The notes beneath the pieces are model-generated. The model ran no database searches and had not been told where the DNA came from. It saw only the letters and a list, made by a program, of their open reading frames with translations. The translations under genes were made by a program, and so were the position numbers. Shown here piece by piece: positions 7,695-17,594 of a stretch of DNA of 64,000 nt. The DNA is from an uncultured Pseudobdellovibrionaceae bacterium (GTDB taxonomy: Bacteria > Pseudomonadota > Alphaproteobacteria > Micavibrionales > Micavibrionaceae). Positions within the stretch are counted from its first letter, which is position 1. Each line of letters begins with the position of its first letter. The stretch spans positions 43,203 through 107,202 of the forward strand of contig CAZSIB010000005.1 of the NCBI GenBank assembly GCA_964607245.1, given 5' to 3'.

Positions 7695-9869
7695 TTAAAG
7701 TGAACACTCCGGTTCGACAAATCCGGCCAAAATACAACGCATCTGGCCGTCATCAAAGGCAATGTCCAGTTTATTCCCCACGACATGGACAACGCGGCCC
7801 GGGCCAAAATCTGGATGTCTCACACGGGCACCGAGGCGAAACGGTTCTTCCTCTTCGGCGTCGCGCGCTTTTGTAATTTGAGAAAGTGCCGTGCCGCGTT
7901 CGCCTTCAATCATGACGTGTTCTTGAGGGAGTTCGCCGATAAACCGTGAAGGCAGGTTTTGAACCCAGGATCCATATTGCCGCCGGGACGCGGCGGCCGT
8001 GACGATCGCGTTCTGCCGGGCGCGGGTGAGGCCGACATAGGCCAGGCGGCGCTCTTCTTCAAGTCCCTGAAGACCGTTTTCGTCGACCGCGCGGGCCGAG
8101 GGGAAAATCCCTTCTTCCCAGCCAGGGAGGAACACCGTGTCAAACTCCAACCCCTTGGCGGCGTGAAGAGTCATCAGGGACACCGCGTCGTCGTTTGCAT
8201 GTTTGGCGTTCTCCATCACCAAAGCAACATGATCAAGGAAAGCTGGGAGCGATCCATAATCCCCAATCGTGCCCACCAGTTCCTTGAGGTTATCGAGGCG
8301 CGCGGGGGCATCCGGGGATTTATCCCCCTGCCACATGGCGGTATAGCCCGATTCATCCAAAATAATTCCCGCCAGTTCTTGGTGATCATCACTCGACAAT
8401 AATGACCGCCACCGTCCAAAATCACGGATCAGGGTGGTGAGCGTCTGACGTGTTTTGGGTTTCAAGGGAGTGGTTGGGTCTTGGGTTAAGATTTCCGTTG
8501 CGGCATAAAGGCTCTGTCCTTTTTGTCGGGCGTGCGCGCGGAGAGTGTGGAGTGTGCTTTCCCCCAATCCCCGCTTTGGTGTATTCATAATACGTTCAAA
8601 CGCGAGATCGTCATGCGGTTGCACCACTACGCGGAAATAGGCGAGCGCATCGCGAATCTCGGCCCGTTCGTAAAAACGTGGGCCCCCAAAAACCCGGTAG
8701 GGCAGGCCGATATAGAGGAACCGATCTTCAAATTCGCGCATTTGAAATCCCGCGCGCACCAAAATCGCAATAGAGCTCAGTTTTTTTCCTTGTTGCCGCT
8801 GAGCTTCGATCATATCGCTGATGGTGCGGGCTTCGACCTCGCCGTCCCAAACACCCAGAATACGGACTTTTTGACCAACGTCGCCCTCTGACCACAGGGT
8901 TTTCCCCAAACGGTGTTGATTATGCGCAATGACGGCGGAGGCCGCAGCCAGAATATGTCCGGTCGAACGATAATTTTGTTCCAGACGAATGATCTTGGCG
9001 CCCGGAAAATCGTGTTCAAAGCGCAAAATATTCGACACTTCTGCGCCGCGCCACCCATAAATCGATTGGTCATCATCGCCGACGCAGCAGATATTCCCCG
9101 ACCCTTTGGCCAAAAGCCGCAGCCAGAGATATTGGGCCGTATTGGTGTCTTGGTACTCATCGACCATCAGATAACGAAATTTCCGGTGGTAATCGGCAAG
9201 GACATCTGCATGCCGCGGGTCTTTCAGGATCGTGATCATATGCAGCAATAAATCGCCAAAATCACAGACGTTCAGGGTTTTTAACCGGTCTTGATACTGA
9301 CGGTAAATCAAGGGGATTTTCCCGTGGGCCAGGTCGCCCGCGTCCTGCGGGCCAATATCGCCGGGCGTCCGGGCCTTATCTTTCCACCGACTGATGACAT
9401 CCAGGATCAGGCGCGGTGGGTATTTTTTCGTATCGATATTTTCGGCCTCGGCCAGTTGTTTGATCAGGCGTGCTTGATCGTCGTCATCCAGAATCGTGAA
9501 ACTGGGGGTGAGACCCACTTTTTCGGCATGGACCCGCAGCATCCGGGCCGAGAGTGCGTGAAAGGTCCCAAGCCACCATCCCTCGACCGGAGCCCCCATC
9601 AGGGCGGCCGCGCGCTCTTTCATTTCTTGCGCAGCTTTATTCGTAAAGGTCACGGCCAGAATTTGAGAGGGCCAGCATTGCCCGGATTTCAGCAAATGGA
9701 CAAGGCGCGTCACCAAAACCCTGGTTTTCCCGGTGCCTGCGCCCGCCAGAACCAATAATGGCCCGTCGAGTTGTTCGACAGCGGCGCGTTGCGGCGGGTT
9801 GAGCGCACTTAAATAGGCGGCGGATGATTGCGGCACTGGTCCGCCAGGGGAGGATATGGGTAAATTCAT
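7695..9869 (-). CDS. uvrD: ATP-dependent DNA helicase, UvrD/Rep/PcrA family
   Basis: Walker A AGAGTGKT, TFTNKAA, DEYQDTN, QNYRS and VSLMTLHAAKGLEF are the SF1 UvrD-type motifs in the correct order. Confidence 0.9.
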   Translation of the reverse strand: MNLPISSPGGPVPQSSAAYLSALNPPQRAAVEQLDGPLLVLAGAGTGKTRVLVTRLVHLLKSGQCWPSQILAVTFTNKAAQEMKERAAALMGAPVEGWWLGTFHALSARMLRVHAEKVGLTPSFTILDDDDQARLIKQLAEAENIDTKKYPPRLILDVISRWKDKARTPGDIGPQDAGDLAHGKIPLIYRQYQDRLKTLNVCDFGDLLLHMITILKDPRHADVLADYHRKFRYLMVDEYQDTNTAQYLWLRLLAKGSGNICCVGDDDQSIYGWRGAEVSNILRFEHDFPGAKIIRLEQNYRSTGHILAAASAVIAHNQHRLGKTLWSEGDVGQKVRILGVWDGEVEARTISDMIEAQRQQGKKLSSIAILVRAGFQMREFEDRFLYIGLPYRVFGGPRFYERAEIRDALAYFRVVVQPHDDLAFERIMNTPKRGLGESTLHTLRAHARQKGQSLYAATEILTQDPTTPLKPKTRQTLTTLIRDFGRWRSLLSSDDHQELAGIILDESGYTAMWQGDKSPDAPARLDNLKELVGTIGDYGSLPAFLDHVALVMENAKHANDDAVSLMTLHAAKGLEFDTVFLPGWEEGIFPSARAVDENGLQGLEEERRLAYVGLTRARQNAIVTAAASRRQYGSWVQNLPSRFIGELPQEHVMIEGERGTALSQITKARDAEEEEPFRLGARVRHPDFGPGRVVHVVGNKLDIAFDDGQMRCILAGFVEPECSL

Positions 9870-9940
9870 AAGGTTTAGTGATAGGGTGCTTTATGCTTTC
9901 CCGCAAGAGGAGAGGAAAGAAGATTTTTAGCTGCGTACCC

Positions 9941-9958
9941 TTGTCTATTTTGTCTATT
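9941..9958. repeat. Tandem 9-mer TTGTCTATT x2, flanked by CGTACCC direct repeats, in the uvrD / RND divergent promoter region
   Basis: Read directly: 9941-9949 equals 9950-9958. CGTACCC occurs at 9934-9940 and 9962-9968. Confidence 0.9.
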
Positions 9959-10017
9959 CCCCGTACCCTAGACGGATTGAGATCCTCTTTTCGCCTTGAT
10001 TCCAAGGAGCTTGCCCC

Positions 10018-11466
10018 ATGCCCGAAATTTTCCCGTCCTGGATGATGTCCCCTGTGGTGATGTATGGCGTCCCCGGCGTTATTCTCTTTTTGATGTTGGC
10101 CTTTATCATTGCCCGCGCGTGGCGGATGCTGACCTTGCTGATCGTCATCTTGGTGATTGGCGGGACTGCGTTTATGGGGTTCTTTTGGAAGACGATCAAT
10201 GACTTTATGGCGAGTTTTCCGATGCCCACCCCCGGAATTGTGGCGCAAACCGTGACGTTACGCAATTTTGATGACCGGATCGAAAGTGTGGGAACGGCCC
10301 AGGCGAATGAATCAACCTCACTCTCCAGTAACGTCTCTGAAACCGTCAAAGAAATCTTGTTCACGGAAGGACAATACGTGACCGCGGGAACCGTGATTGC
10401 ACGCCTGGATGACAGCGAAGAACGCGCGAATTTGATTGAAGCGCAAAAATCCTTTAATCGGGCGGTTGAACTTGTCCGGACCCAGGCGGTGTCGACCGCG
10501 CGTCTGGACGCCGATCGTGCGCGACTGGATATTGCAAAAGTTCAAATTGCGGATCGTCAAATTGTTGCCCCATTTGATGGAGTCTTGGGCCTGCGGTCGA
10601 TTTCTGTCGGGGATATCGTGAATCCTGGAATGGTCATCACAACGCTGGATGATACAGATCCGATCAAACTTGAATTTTCTGTGCCGGAAACCTATGTGTC
10701 CGCGATTGACCCTGATTTGCCGATTGAAGCTCGGGCCGAAGCCTGGCCGGGACAGATCTTCAAGGGTTTTATTCGCGCGATTGATCCGCGGGTGGATCCG
10801 GTGACGCGCGCGTTCCGCGTGAAGGCCGAAATTCCAAATGGGGACGGGAAAATTCGCCCCGGCATGTTGATGCGGGTCGATGTCGTCAAGGAAATACGTA
10901 CGGCGCTTGCGATTTCTGAAGAAGCGTTATTATCCAAGGGGGACCAAAAATCCGTTTATGTTCTGGGCGAAACAAATAAAGACGGTCTGACATCCGTTGA
11001 ATCGCGGCCTGTCACCGTGGGCGCCCGTCGCCCCGGCTATGTCGAGGTGCTGACTGGTCTTAAGGAAGGTGAAAAAATTGTTGTGGACGGCGTGATTAAA
11101 ATCATGCCCGGCGGCAAAGTGAAGATTGTGGGCGACGATACAATCGAAAAAACGGTTCAAAGCGCAACCGATCAAGCGGTCGAGGGAAAGCAAGATGAGT
11201 TAAAGGCGCTTGCCCCTGATTCATCGACCTCGTCTGGAGAGACCCCCGATATCGCTCCGGATCCGTCTTCACCAGCGCCTGCGGTTCATGAGGGGTCGTC
11301 TCAACCATCACCGGCCGCACCGGACTCCGTTACTCCCGCACCGGACGAGGCCGCCTCGCCAAGTCATCAAGAAGGGGACGTATCGTCGCCTCCGGAACTT
11401 TTCGCGCCTGCGCCAGAAAGCGGGACAGAAACAACGCCTGACCCTCAATCTGGGGCGACACCATGA
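10018..11466 (+). CDS. Efflux RND transporter periplasmic adaptor (MFP/HlyD family) with a roughly 100-aa Pro/Ser-rich C-terminal tail
   Basis: It has a lipoyl/hairpin/barrel pattern (...GQYVTAGTVIARLDD..., coiled-coil, IVAPFDGVLG..., VNPG). The stop overlaps the start of the RND permease. The N-terminal start is uncertain. Confidence 0.85.
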   Translation: MPEIFPSWMMSPVVMYGVPGVILFLMLAFIIARAWRMLTLLIVILVIGGTAFMGFFWKTINDFMASFPMPTPGIVAQTVTLRNFDDRIESVGTAQANESTSLSSNVSETVKEILFTEGQYVTAGTVIARLDDSEERANLIEAQKSFNRAVELVRTQAVSTARLDADRARLDIAKVQIADRQIVAPFDGVLGLRSISVGDIVNPGMVITTLDDTDPIKLEFSVPETYVSAIDPDLPIEARAEAWPGQIFKGFIRAIDPRVDPVTRAFRVKAEIPNGDGKIRPGMLMRVDVVKEIRTALAISEEALLSKGDQKSVYVLGETNKDGLTSVESRPVTVGARRPGYVEVLTGLKEGEKIVVDGVIKIMPGGKVKIVGDDTIEKTVQSATDQAVEGKQDELKALAPDSSTSSGETPDIAPDPSSPAPAVHEGSSQPSPAAPDSVTPAPDEAASPSHQEGDVSSPPELFAPAPESGTETTPDPQSGATP

Positions 11467-14400
11467 TCCTCTCTGACATCTCCATTCGGCGCCCTGTCTT
11501 TGCAACGGTCATCAATTTGTTGATCGTGGTCGCCGGGATCATTGCCTTTACCAAGCTCCCTTTGCGTGAATATCCCGATATCGATCCGCCGATTATTTCG
11601 ATTTCGACGGTGTATTTGGGCGCGAACGCTGAAGTTGTCGAAAGTCGCGTGACTCAGGTCTTGGAAGAAAGCTTAAGTGGGATTGCCGGGATTGATACGA
11701 TTGAATCCAAATCCGAAGATGGTGTGTCCTCGATTCAAATTGAATTTGAACTTTCACGAAACATTGATGATGCGGCGAGTGACGTGCGTGACCGGATTTC
11801 GCGCGTGACCAAAGATTTGCCGGATGACGCCGAACAACCGAATATTTCCAAGGCCGATGCGGATACGGATCAGATCGTCTGGATTTCGGTTCAAAGCCCA
11901 TCGCGCAGTGCGCTTGAACTCACCGATATTGCCGATCGGTATATGCGTGACCGCCTCTCGACTATTGATGGGGTGTCGGCGGTTATTATTGGTGGTGAAC
12001 GCCGCTATGCGATGCGAATTTGGATTGACCGAAATGAACTTGCCGCCCGCGAACTCGTGGTGAGTGACATTGAAAACGCGTTACTCCGTGAAAATATCGA
12101 ACTGCCCGCCGGGCGGATTGAATCGCTGAACTCTGAATTTATTGTCCGGGTCGACCGCGCGTACAAGACAGTTGATGATTTTCGCAAGATGATTATTCGG
12201 CGTGGCGATGACGGGTATTTGGTGCGTTTGGGCGATGTCGCGCGCGTTGAAATTGGCCCCAAAAGCGAACGGACCGATTTACGCTCAAATAATCAATCTG
12301 CCGTGGGCTTGGGGATTGGGAAGCAAGCCAAGGCCAATACGCTGGATGTCGCGCATAAAGTCGTTGCCGAAATGCATCAGATTCAAAAGGATATCAAGGG
12401 GCAATTCCCGGATATTGAGCTGGCGCTTGCCTATGACGCCTCAAAATTCATCGAGGCGTCGATTCACGAAGTTTACATGACGCTTGCGATGACGGTTATT
12501 TTGGTCACGCTCGTGATCTATTTTTTCCTCGGGGATTGGCGCGCAACCCTGATCCCGGCAGTCACAATTCCAGTCTCGATTATTGGGGCGTTTATTGTCC
12601 TTTTCGCGCTTGGGTTCTCGGTCAATTTACTCACCCTTTTGGCGCTTGTTCTCGCAATTGGCTTGGTCGTTGACGATTCAATTGTCGTCTTGGAAAACAT
12701 TTATCGCCGGGTCGAGGGAGGCGAGCCTTCTTTGGCGGCGGCGCAGCGCGGAACGAACCAAGTCGCCTTTGCGGTCATTGCGACAACGTTGGTTTTGGTC
12801 GCGGTCTTTATTCCAATTTCCTTTATGGAAGGGGATGTCGGGCGTCTTTTCACGGAATTTGCCTGGGCAATCGTGGGCGCCGTGCTTTTCTCATCGCTTG
12901 TGGCGTTATCCGCATCCCCCATGATGGCCTCTAAATTTTTGGCAGGACGGGGGGGCCATACGCAAAAAAATATTGTTACGCGGTGGATTAACCGCCGGAT
13001 TGACGCGTTTGAGTCGGGCTATCGGCGGCAGTTGGCAAGTTTTATTAACCATCCATTTTTGGTGATTTTGGGCGTCTTGTTGCTCGGGGGGCTGGGGTAT
13101 TATTTTTACCGCGCTGTTCCCCAAGAATATGCGCCTGTCGAAGATCGCGGTGTCATCTTTACGATCATGATCGCGCCCGAAGGATCGTCGCTTGAATACA
13201 CCAAGGCCAATATGCGTAAAGTCGAGGAAAAGCTGGGGGCGCTCCTCTCTCCGGAGAATGGCGGACCCAAAGATGGCACCGGTGAGGCGCACCGGGTGGT
13301 GAGCATTGTGCCGGGCGCGTTTTCTGCGACAGGATCGGTGAACACAGGGATTGCGATTGCGCTTTTGAAAGATTGGGGCGAGCGGCGTTATGCGGGTCAA
13401 ATTCAAAATGATCTGTTCATGAAATTCTTTGAAATCCCAGGGGTTTGGGCATTTCCCGTCCTCCCGCCCTCACTCGGGCAAAATCCGCAAAGCACGCCTG
13501 TGCAATTTGTGATTGCCGGGGATAATTACGATGATCTGGTGAAATGGCGGGATGCGTTACTGGTCAAAGCCCGTGAAAATCGTCGTCTGGTCGATCTCGA
13601 TTGGGATTATAAAGAAGGCAAGCCGCAGATCCGCTTGCGCCTGAATACCACCCGCGCGGCCGAACTTGGGGTCTCGACGGCGCAAATTGGCAGCACGCTT
13701 CAAACCATGTTCGGCAGCCGCGAGGTCACGACCTATCTGGATCGCGGTGAAGAATACGATGTGGTGTTGCAAGGCCGATATCAAGACCGTTTGTCGCCCA
13801 CTGACATGAATAATGTTTACGTGCGGTCCGAACGAACGGGCAAATTGATCCCGCTTTCGAATTTACTCAGCATTGAAGAAACGGCCGATGCCGGGTCGCG
13901 TGGGCGGTTTAACCGGATGCGGGCGATTACGATCACGGCGTCTCTCGTCCCGGGATATAGTTTGGGTGCCGCGCTTGATTATCTGGAAGACGCCGCGCGG
14001 ACCAGTCTGCCGTCCGAAGCGCAGATCGATTATAAAGGCCAATCGCGCGATTATAAACAAGCGGGCGCGGCCATGTTGTTTGTCTTTTTGCTTGCGCTTC
14101 TCGCGACCTATTTGTTTTTGGCGGCCCAGTTTGAAAGTTTTGTCCATCCGTTTGTCATTATGATGACCGTGCCGTTTGCGTTGATTGGTGCGCTCTGGGG
14201 GCTCTATGTTACGGGCGCGACCTTGAATGTGTATACGCAAGTCGGGTTGATTATGCTCGTCGGTCTTGCCACCAAAAACGGGATTTTGATTGTCGAATTC
14301 GCAAACCAATTGCGCGATGAAGGTGTCGAGTTTATGGAGGCGATTCTTCAGGCCGCGCAGACGCGTGTGCGCCCGATTTTGATGACGTCAATTGCGACGA

Positions 14401-14624
14401 TCGTCGGGGCGATTCCCTTGGCGCTGGCCATGGTCATTGGCGGGGCGGGGGCAGAAAGCCGTTTCCCGATTGGCGTGGTGATCGTCAGCGGCGTTGCCGT
14501 GTCGACGGTCTTGACTCTATTTATTATTCCGACATTTTATGCGCTTCTTGCGCGGCATACGGGATCGCCCCTTGCCACCACCCGCGCCCTTGAGAAAGAG
14601 TTAGAGGCGCGTGAGGATGAGTAA
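11463..14624 (+). CDS. Efflux RND transporter permease (AcrB/HAE1 family)
   Basis: 1053 aa. The N-terminus MILSDISIRRPVFATVINLLIVVAGI..., the 12-TM layout and the LAIGLVVDDSIVVLENI motif are canonical AcrB-type features. Confidence 0.95.
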   Translation: MILSDISIRRPVFATVINLLIVVAGIIAFTKLPLREYPDIDPPIISISTVYLGANAEVVESRVTQVLEESLSGIAGIDTIESKSEDGVSSIQIEFELSRNIDDAASDVRDRISRVTKDLPDDAEQPNISKADADTDQIVWISVQSPSRSALELTDIADRYMRDRLSTIDGVSAVIIGGERRYAMRIWIDRNELAARELVVSDIENALLRENIELPAGRIESLNSEFIVRVDRAYKTVDDFRKMIIRRGDDGYLVRLGDVARVEIGPKSERTDLRSNNQSAVGLGIGKQAKANTLDVAHKVVAEMHQIQKDIKGQFPDIELALAYDASKFIEASIHEVYMTLAMTVILVTLVIYFFLGDWRATLIPAVTIPVSIIGAFIVLFALGFSVNLLTLLALVLAIGLVVDDSIVVLENIYRRVEGGEPSLAAAQRGTNQVAFAVIATTLVLVAVFIPISFMEGDVGRLFTEFAWAIVGAVLFSSLVALSASPMMASKFLAGRGGHTQKNIVTRWINRRIDAFESGYRRQLASFINHPFLVILGVLLLGGLGYYFYRAVPQEYAPVEDRGVIFTIMIAPEGSSLEYTKANMRKVEEKLGALLSPENGGPKDGTGEAHRVVSIVPGAFSATGSVNTGIAIALLKDWGERRYAGQIQNDLFMKFFEIPGVWAFPVLPPSLGQNPQSTPVQFVIAGDNYDDLVKWRDALLVKARENRRLVDLDWDYKEGKPQIRLRLNTTRAAELGVSTAQIGSTLQTMFGSREVTTYLDRGEEYDVVLQGRYQDRLSPTDMNNVYVRSERTGKLIPLSNLLSIEETADAGSRGRFNRMRAITITASLVPGYSLGAALDYLEDAARTSLPSEAQIDYKGQSRDYKQAGAAMLFVFLLALLATYLFLAAQFESFVHPFVIMMTVPFALIGALWGLYVTGATLNVYTQVGLIMLVGLATKNGILIVEFANQLRDEGVEFMEAILQAAQTRVRPILMTSIATIVGAIPLALAMVIGGAGAESRFPIGVVIVSGVAVSTVLTLFIIPTFYALLARHTGSPLATTRALEKELEAREDE

Positions 14625-14786
14625 TTATAAACTGTGCCAGATGTCTTTGGATCATCCCGTTCTTGAAAAAGAAAAAGTTGATCAATTTATGTGGGTGCGT
14701 TCAGACAACGTGGATGAACTGAATGAGAATCGCCGCGGTGATGTGTCGCAAGTCGATATCTATCGTCATGCGTTAAGCTTCTCGTC

Positions 14787-16139
14787 ATGACGAACCCACG
14801 TGCTCAGGATCTGACCTCGGGATCCATTCCCGCGCATTTATTTCGCTTGGCTCTTCCCATGATTTGGGGGATTTTGGCGATTGTCGCGATGCAACTCGCG
14901 GATGTTTATTACATCGCGGGGCTGGGGCATCTGGCGCTTGAATCCATTTCGTTTACCTTTCCGGTCAGTATGACGCTTTTTAACCTGGTCATGGGGTTAT
15001 CGATTGCGACATCTGCAATTTGTGCACGCTTGATTGGCGAAAAATCAACCGAGACATTAAAACATTTTCTGGCCCATGCCCTCGTTATCGCCTGCGGGGT
15101 CGGGGTGTTTTTGGCGGTCTTGGGTGAAATATTACTGCCCTATATTTTTGATTATCTGGGCGCGGGGCCCGAACATATGCCGGCGATTATGGCGTTTATG
15201 CGCGTTTCGCTCTGGGGGTATGTGTTTGTGACTGTCCCGCTTGTGGCGAATGCGGGCTTGCGTGCGGCGGGTGACACGTTTATCCCGTCGATCATTATGG
15301 TCTTGGCCGCTCTCATCAATTTTCCCCTGGCCTATGCGCTGGTCTATGGCGCGGGACCTTTTCCCGCCTGGGGGGTTGCGGGCGCCGCAAGCGCGAATGT
15401 CATCAGTAATGCGCTTGTCGCGGTGTTTGCGCTCTATGTTCTGATTGTCCGGCACCGGATGCTGGATCGGCATTGTGTGACGTTCCAAGATTTTGGCGCG
15501 CACGCGACACGTTTATTTTCAATCGCCCTGCCGGTGGGCGTGATGAATTTGATCCAACCGCTGACGGCGGGGGTCCTCACCGCCATTCTTTCAGGGTACG
15601 GCGCGCATGCGGTGGCTGCCTACGGCGTCATTGGGCGGGTTGAGGCCTTGGCGGCTGTTGTCCTGATGGCGGTCTCGATTGGGATGTCGCCGATTATCGG
15701 ACAAAATTACGGCGCGCGGCGCTTTGACCGCATCGAACAGACGATTGATATCGGTATTCGTTTTTGTGTTTTCTGGTCGATCGCCGTGGGCCTGGGGCTT
15801 ATGCTTTTTGGATCAATGCTTGCCCGCGCCTTTACCGATGACCCAGAGACAATCCAAACCGTTGCGCTTTATTTTATGTTGACGGGGATCAGCGCGGCGG
15901 TCGGTAACATCGCCATCGGGTGGGGCACGGCGTGGAATGCCCTGGCAAAGCCCCAATTTTCTGCCGTGATGACAACGGGCCGGTTCTTTATCGGGGGGAT
16001 CGTGTGTGGGTATTTGGGGCATTTGATCGCCGGATTGCCGGGGTTGTTCATGGGCCTTGCGGTCGGGAACATTATTCTTGGCACGGTCCTTCATTTTTGG
16101 AGCCGGACGCGGTTTGACCGGCTCGCGGCGGCGCCTTAA
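14787..16139 (+). CDS. MATE family efflux transporter
   Basis: 450 aa and 12 TM. The N-terminal ...LFRLALPMIWGILAIVAMQLADVYYIAGLG is typical of the MatE repeat. Confidence 0.9.
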   Translation: MTNPRAQDLTSGSIPAHLFRLALPMIWGILAIVAMQLADVYYIAGLGHLALESISFTFPVSMTLFNLVMGLSIATSAICARLIGEKSTETLKHFLAHALVIACGVGVFLAVLGEILLPYIFDYLGAGPEHMPAIMAFMRVSLWGYVFVTVPLVANAGLRAAGDTFIPSIIMVLAALINFPLAYALVYGAGPFPAWGVAGAASANVISNALVAVFALYVLIVRHRMLDRHCVTFQDFGAHATRLFSIALPVGVMNLIQPLTAGVLTAILSGYGAHAVAAYGVIGRVEALAAVVLMAVSIGMSPIIGQNYGARRFDRIEQTIDIGIRFCVFWSIAVGLGLMLFGSMLARAFTDDPETIQTVALYFMLTGISAAVGNIAIGWGTAWNALAKPQFSAVMTTGRFFIGGIVCGYLGHLIAGLPGLFMGLAVGNIILGTVLHFWSRTRFDRLAAAP

Positions 16140-16876
16140 ACCGTATCGTTTCCATTGCGGCGGAATCCGGTTGCCACTAAAAATTGTTCGCTTGACTCTT
16201 TTCGGCTCGCGGGTGGTTTCATGTGCCGCACGGTTTTAAAATCCCGCTTCATTTGCGCCAAAAGTTCGCCCTGGGCGCCACCTTGGAACACTTTACTGAC
16301 AAAGACGCCACCAGGTTTTAAAACATGACAGGCAAAATCATACGCGGCCTCGACCAGACCCATAATGCGCAAGTGATCTGTTTCTTGGTGCCCCGTGGTG
16401 TTGGGTGCCATGTCGGAAAGGACAATATCCACGGGCCCGCCCGTCAAGGATTTGAGTTTTTCGGGCGCATCGTCCGCCATAAAATCCATCTGGATAAAAT
16501 CAACGCCGGGAATGGGATCAATGGGCAATAAATCAATTGCGACAACTTTTTTGGCCTTGTGGGCGATGGCGACTTGGGCCCAACCGCCGGGCGCGGCCCC
16601 CAGATCCACGATGATTTGGCCGGGTTTCAGGATATGCAGTTTTTCGTGGATCCCCAATAATTTAAACGCCGCGCGCGAGCGATAGCCTAGGCGTTCGGCC
16701 TCGCGCACAAAGGGGTCGTTCAGTTGTCGTTGGAGCCATTTGGTGGATGACGCCGTGCGTGCGCGTGCGGTTTTGACCCGAACGGCCACGTCCCGCGTGG
16801 TGCGGTTCCGGCGCTTGCCGCTGGATTTTCCAGGAATTTTTCCCTTATTTACGGGCGGGTCGGTGGGGTCGGACAT
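16136..16876 (-). CDS. rlmE: 23S rRNA (uridine2552-2'-O)-methyltransferase RlmE/FtsJ
   Basis: RSRAAFKL..., VDLGAAPGGWAQVA, DIVLSDMAPNTTG and KVFQG are the FtsJ-family motifs. Confidence 0.9.
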   Translation of the reverse strand: MSDPTDPPVNKGKIPGKSSGKRRNRTTRDVAVRVKTARARTASSTKWLQRQLNDPFVREAERLGYRSRAAFKLLGIHEKLHILKPGQIIVDLGAAPGGWAQVAIAHKAKKVVAIDLLPIDPIPGVDFIQMDFMADDAPEKLKSLTGGPVDIVLSDMAPNTTGHQETDHLRIMGLVEAAYDFACHVLKPGGVFVSKVFQGGAQGELLAQMKRDFKTVRHMKPPASRKESSEQFLVATGFRRNGNDTV

Positions 16877-16947
16877 ATGATTTGACAGGGGGTTTGGGTT
16901 TGAATTATATAAACTGAAATCTATTCACGTGGCAAGGAGAAAAGATC

Positions 16948-17475
16948 ATGGTAACAACAGGGGCCTATTTAACGATTGATGACAAAATCAAAGCGATAAA
17001 AGCATCGGGAAAAGTATCACCTGCTCTTAAAGAGGCCGTTCAAGAAATTAAATTAGGCCCGCTGCAAGGCCGCGTTGGAGCGATGGCGAATAAGGGGATG
17101 CCTGCCTATAAAGGAGCGCTTGCGCTCGAGTTTAATTTAGAGGGTGATTTGGCATTGGCTCCAGTACAGGTATTTCTTGGGCGTAACACACAACCGGAAA
17201 CCATTAACGTTTATCATGTCCTGATTCAGGGGCCGCATGGATATGAACCCTTGAAGGGGATCTTCTATCGTACTGACAGAGACCGCTGTCGTATCGCCCT
17301 CCGTACAGGTATTTCTGGCGTTTTTCAATTAGCTAAGATGACAAAGGTGAAAAAGATGGGAACAACATTTGTTGATGTTGTTCCGCCTATGCGCGCTTGG
17401 TATGGACAGTTTTTTCAAAAAGAGGGCGAACGGACGTTTTGGCGTGCAAATCCTACCCTGTTCGTTGGTTCTTAA
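16948..17475 (+). CDS. Hypothetical protein (175 aa), orphan in an AT-richer stretch
   Basis: AAGGAGAA SD before the ATG at 16948. It is followed by a 10-bp-arm hairpin (17484-17518) and an intrinsic terminator. No domain recognised. Confidence 0.6.
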   Translation: MVTTGAYLTIDDKIKAIKASGKVSPALKEAVQEIKLGPLQGRVGAMANKGMPAYKGALALEFNLEGDLALAPVQVFLGRNTQPETINVYHVLIQGPHGYEPLKGIFYRTDRDRCRIALRTGISGVFQLAKMTKVKKMGTTFVDVVPPMRAWYGQFFQKEGERTFWRANPTLFVGS

Positions 17476-17558
17476 AGGAAATGCTATCTTTTATCTATGT
17501 TAAAGAGAAAAGATAGCCGTATGTTCTTGTCAGACAGCTCTGAATGGTCAAACAAAAA

Positions 17559-17594
17559 GGCCGGGGGTTTCCCGGCCTTTAGAGTTTTTGTTTT
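17559..17594 (+). terminator. Intrinsic terminator
   Basis: GGCCGGG-GGTTT-CCCGGCC followed by TTTAGAGTTTTTGTTTT. Confidence 0.6.
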
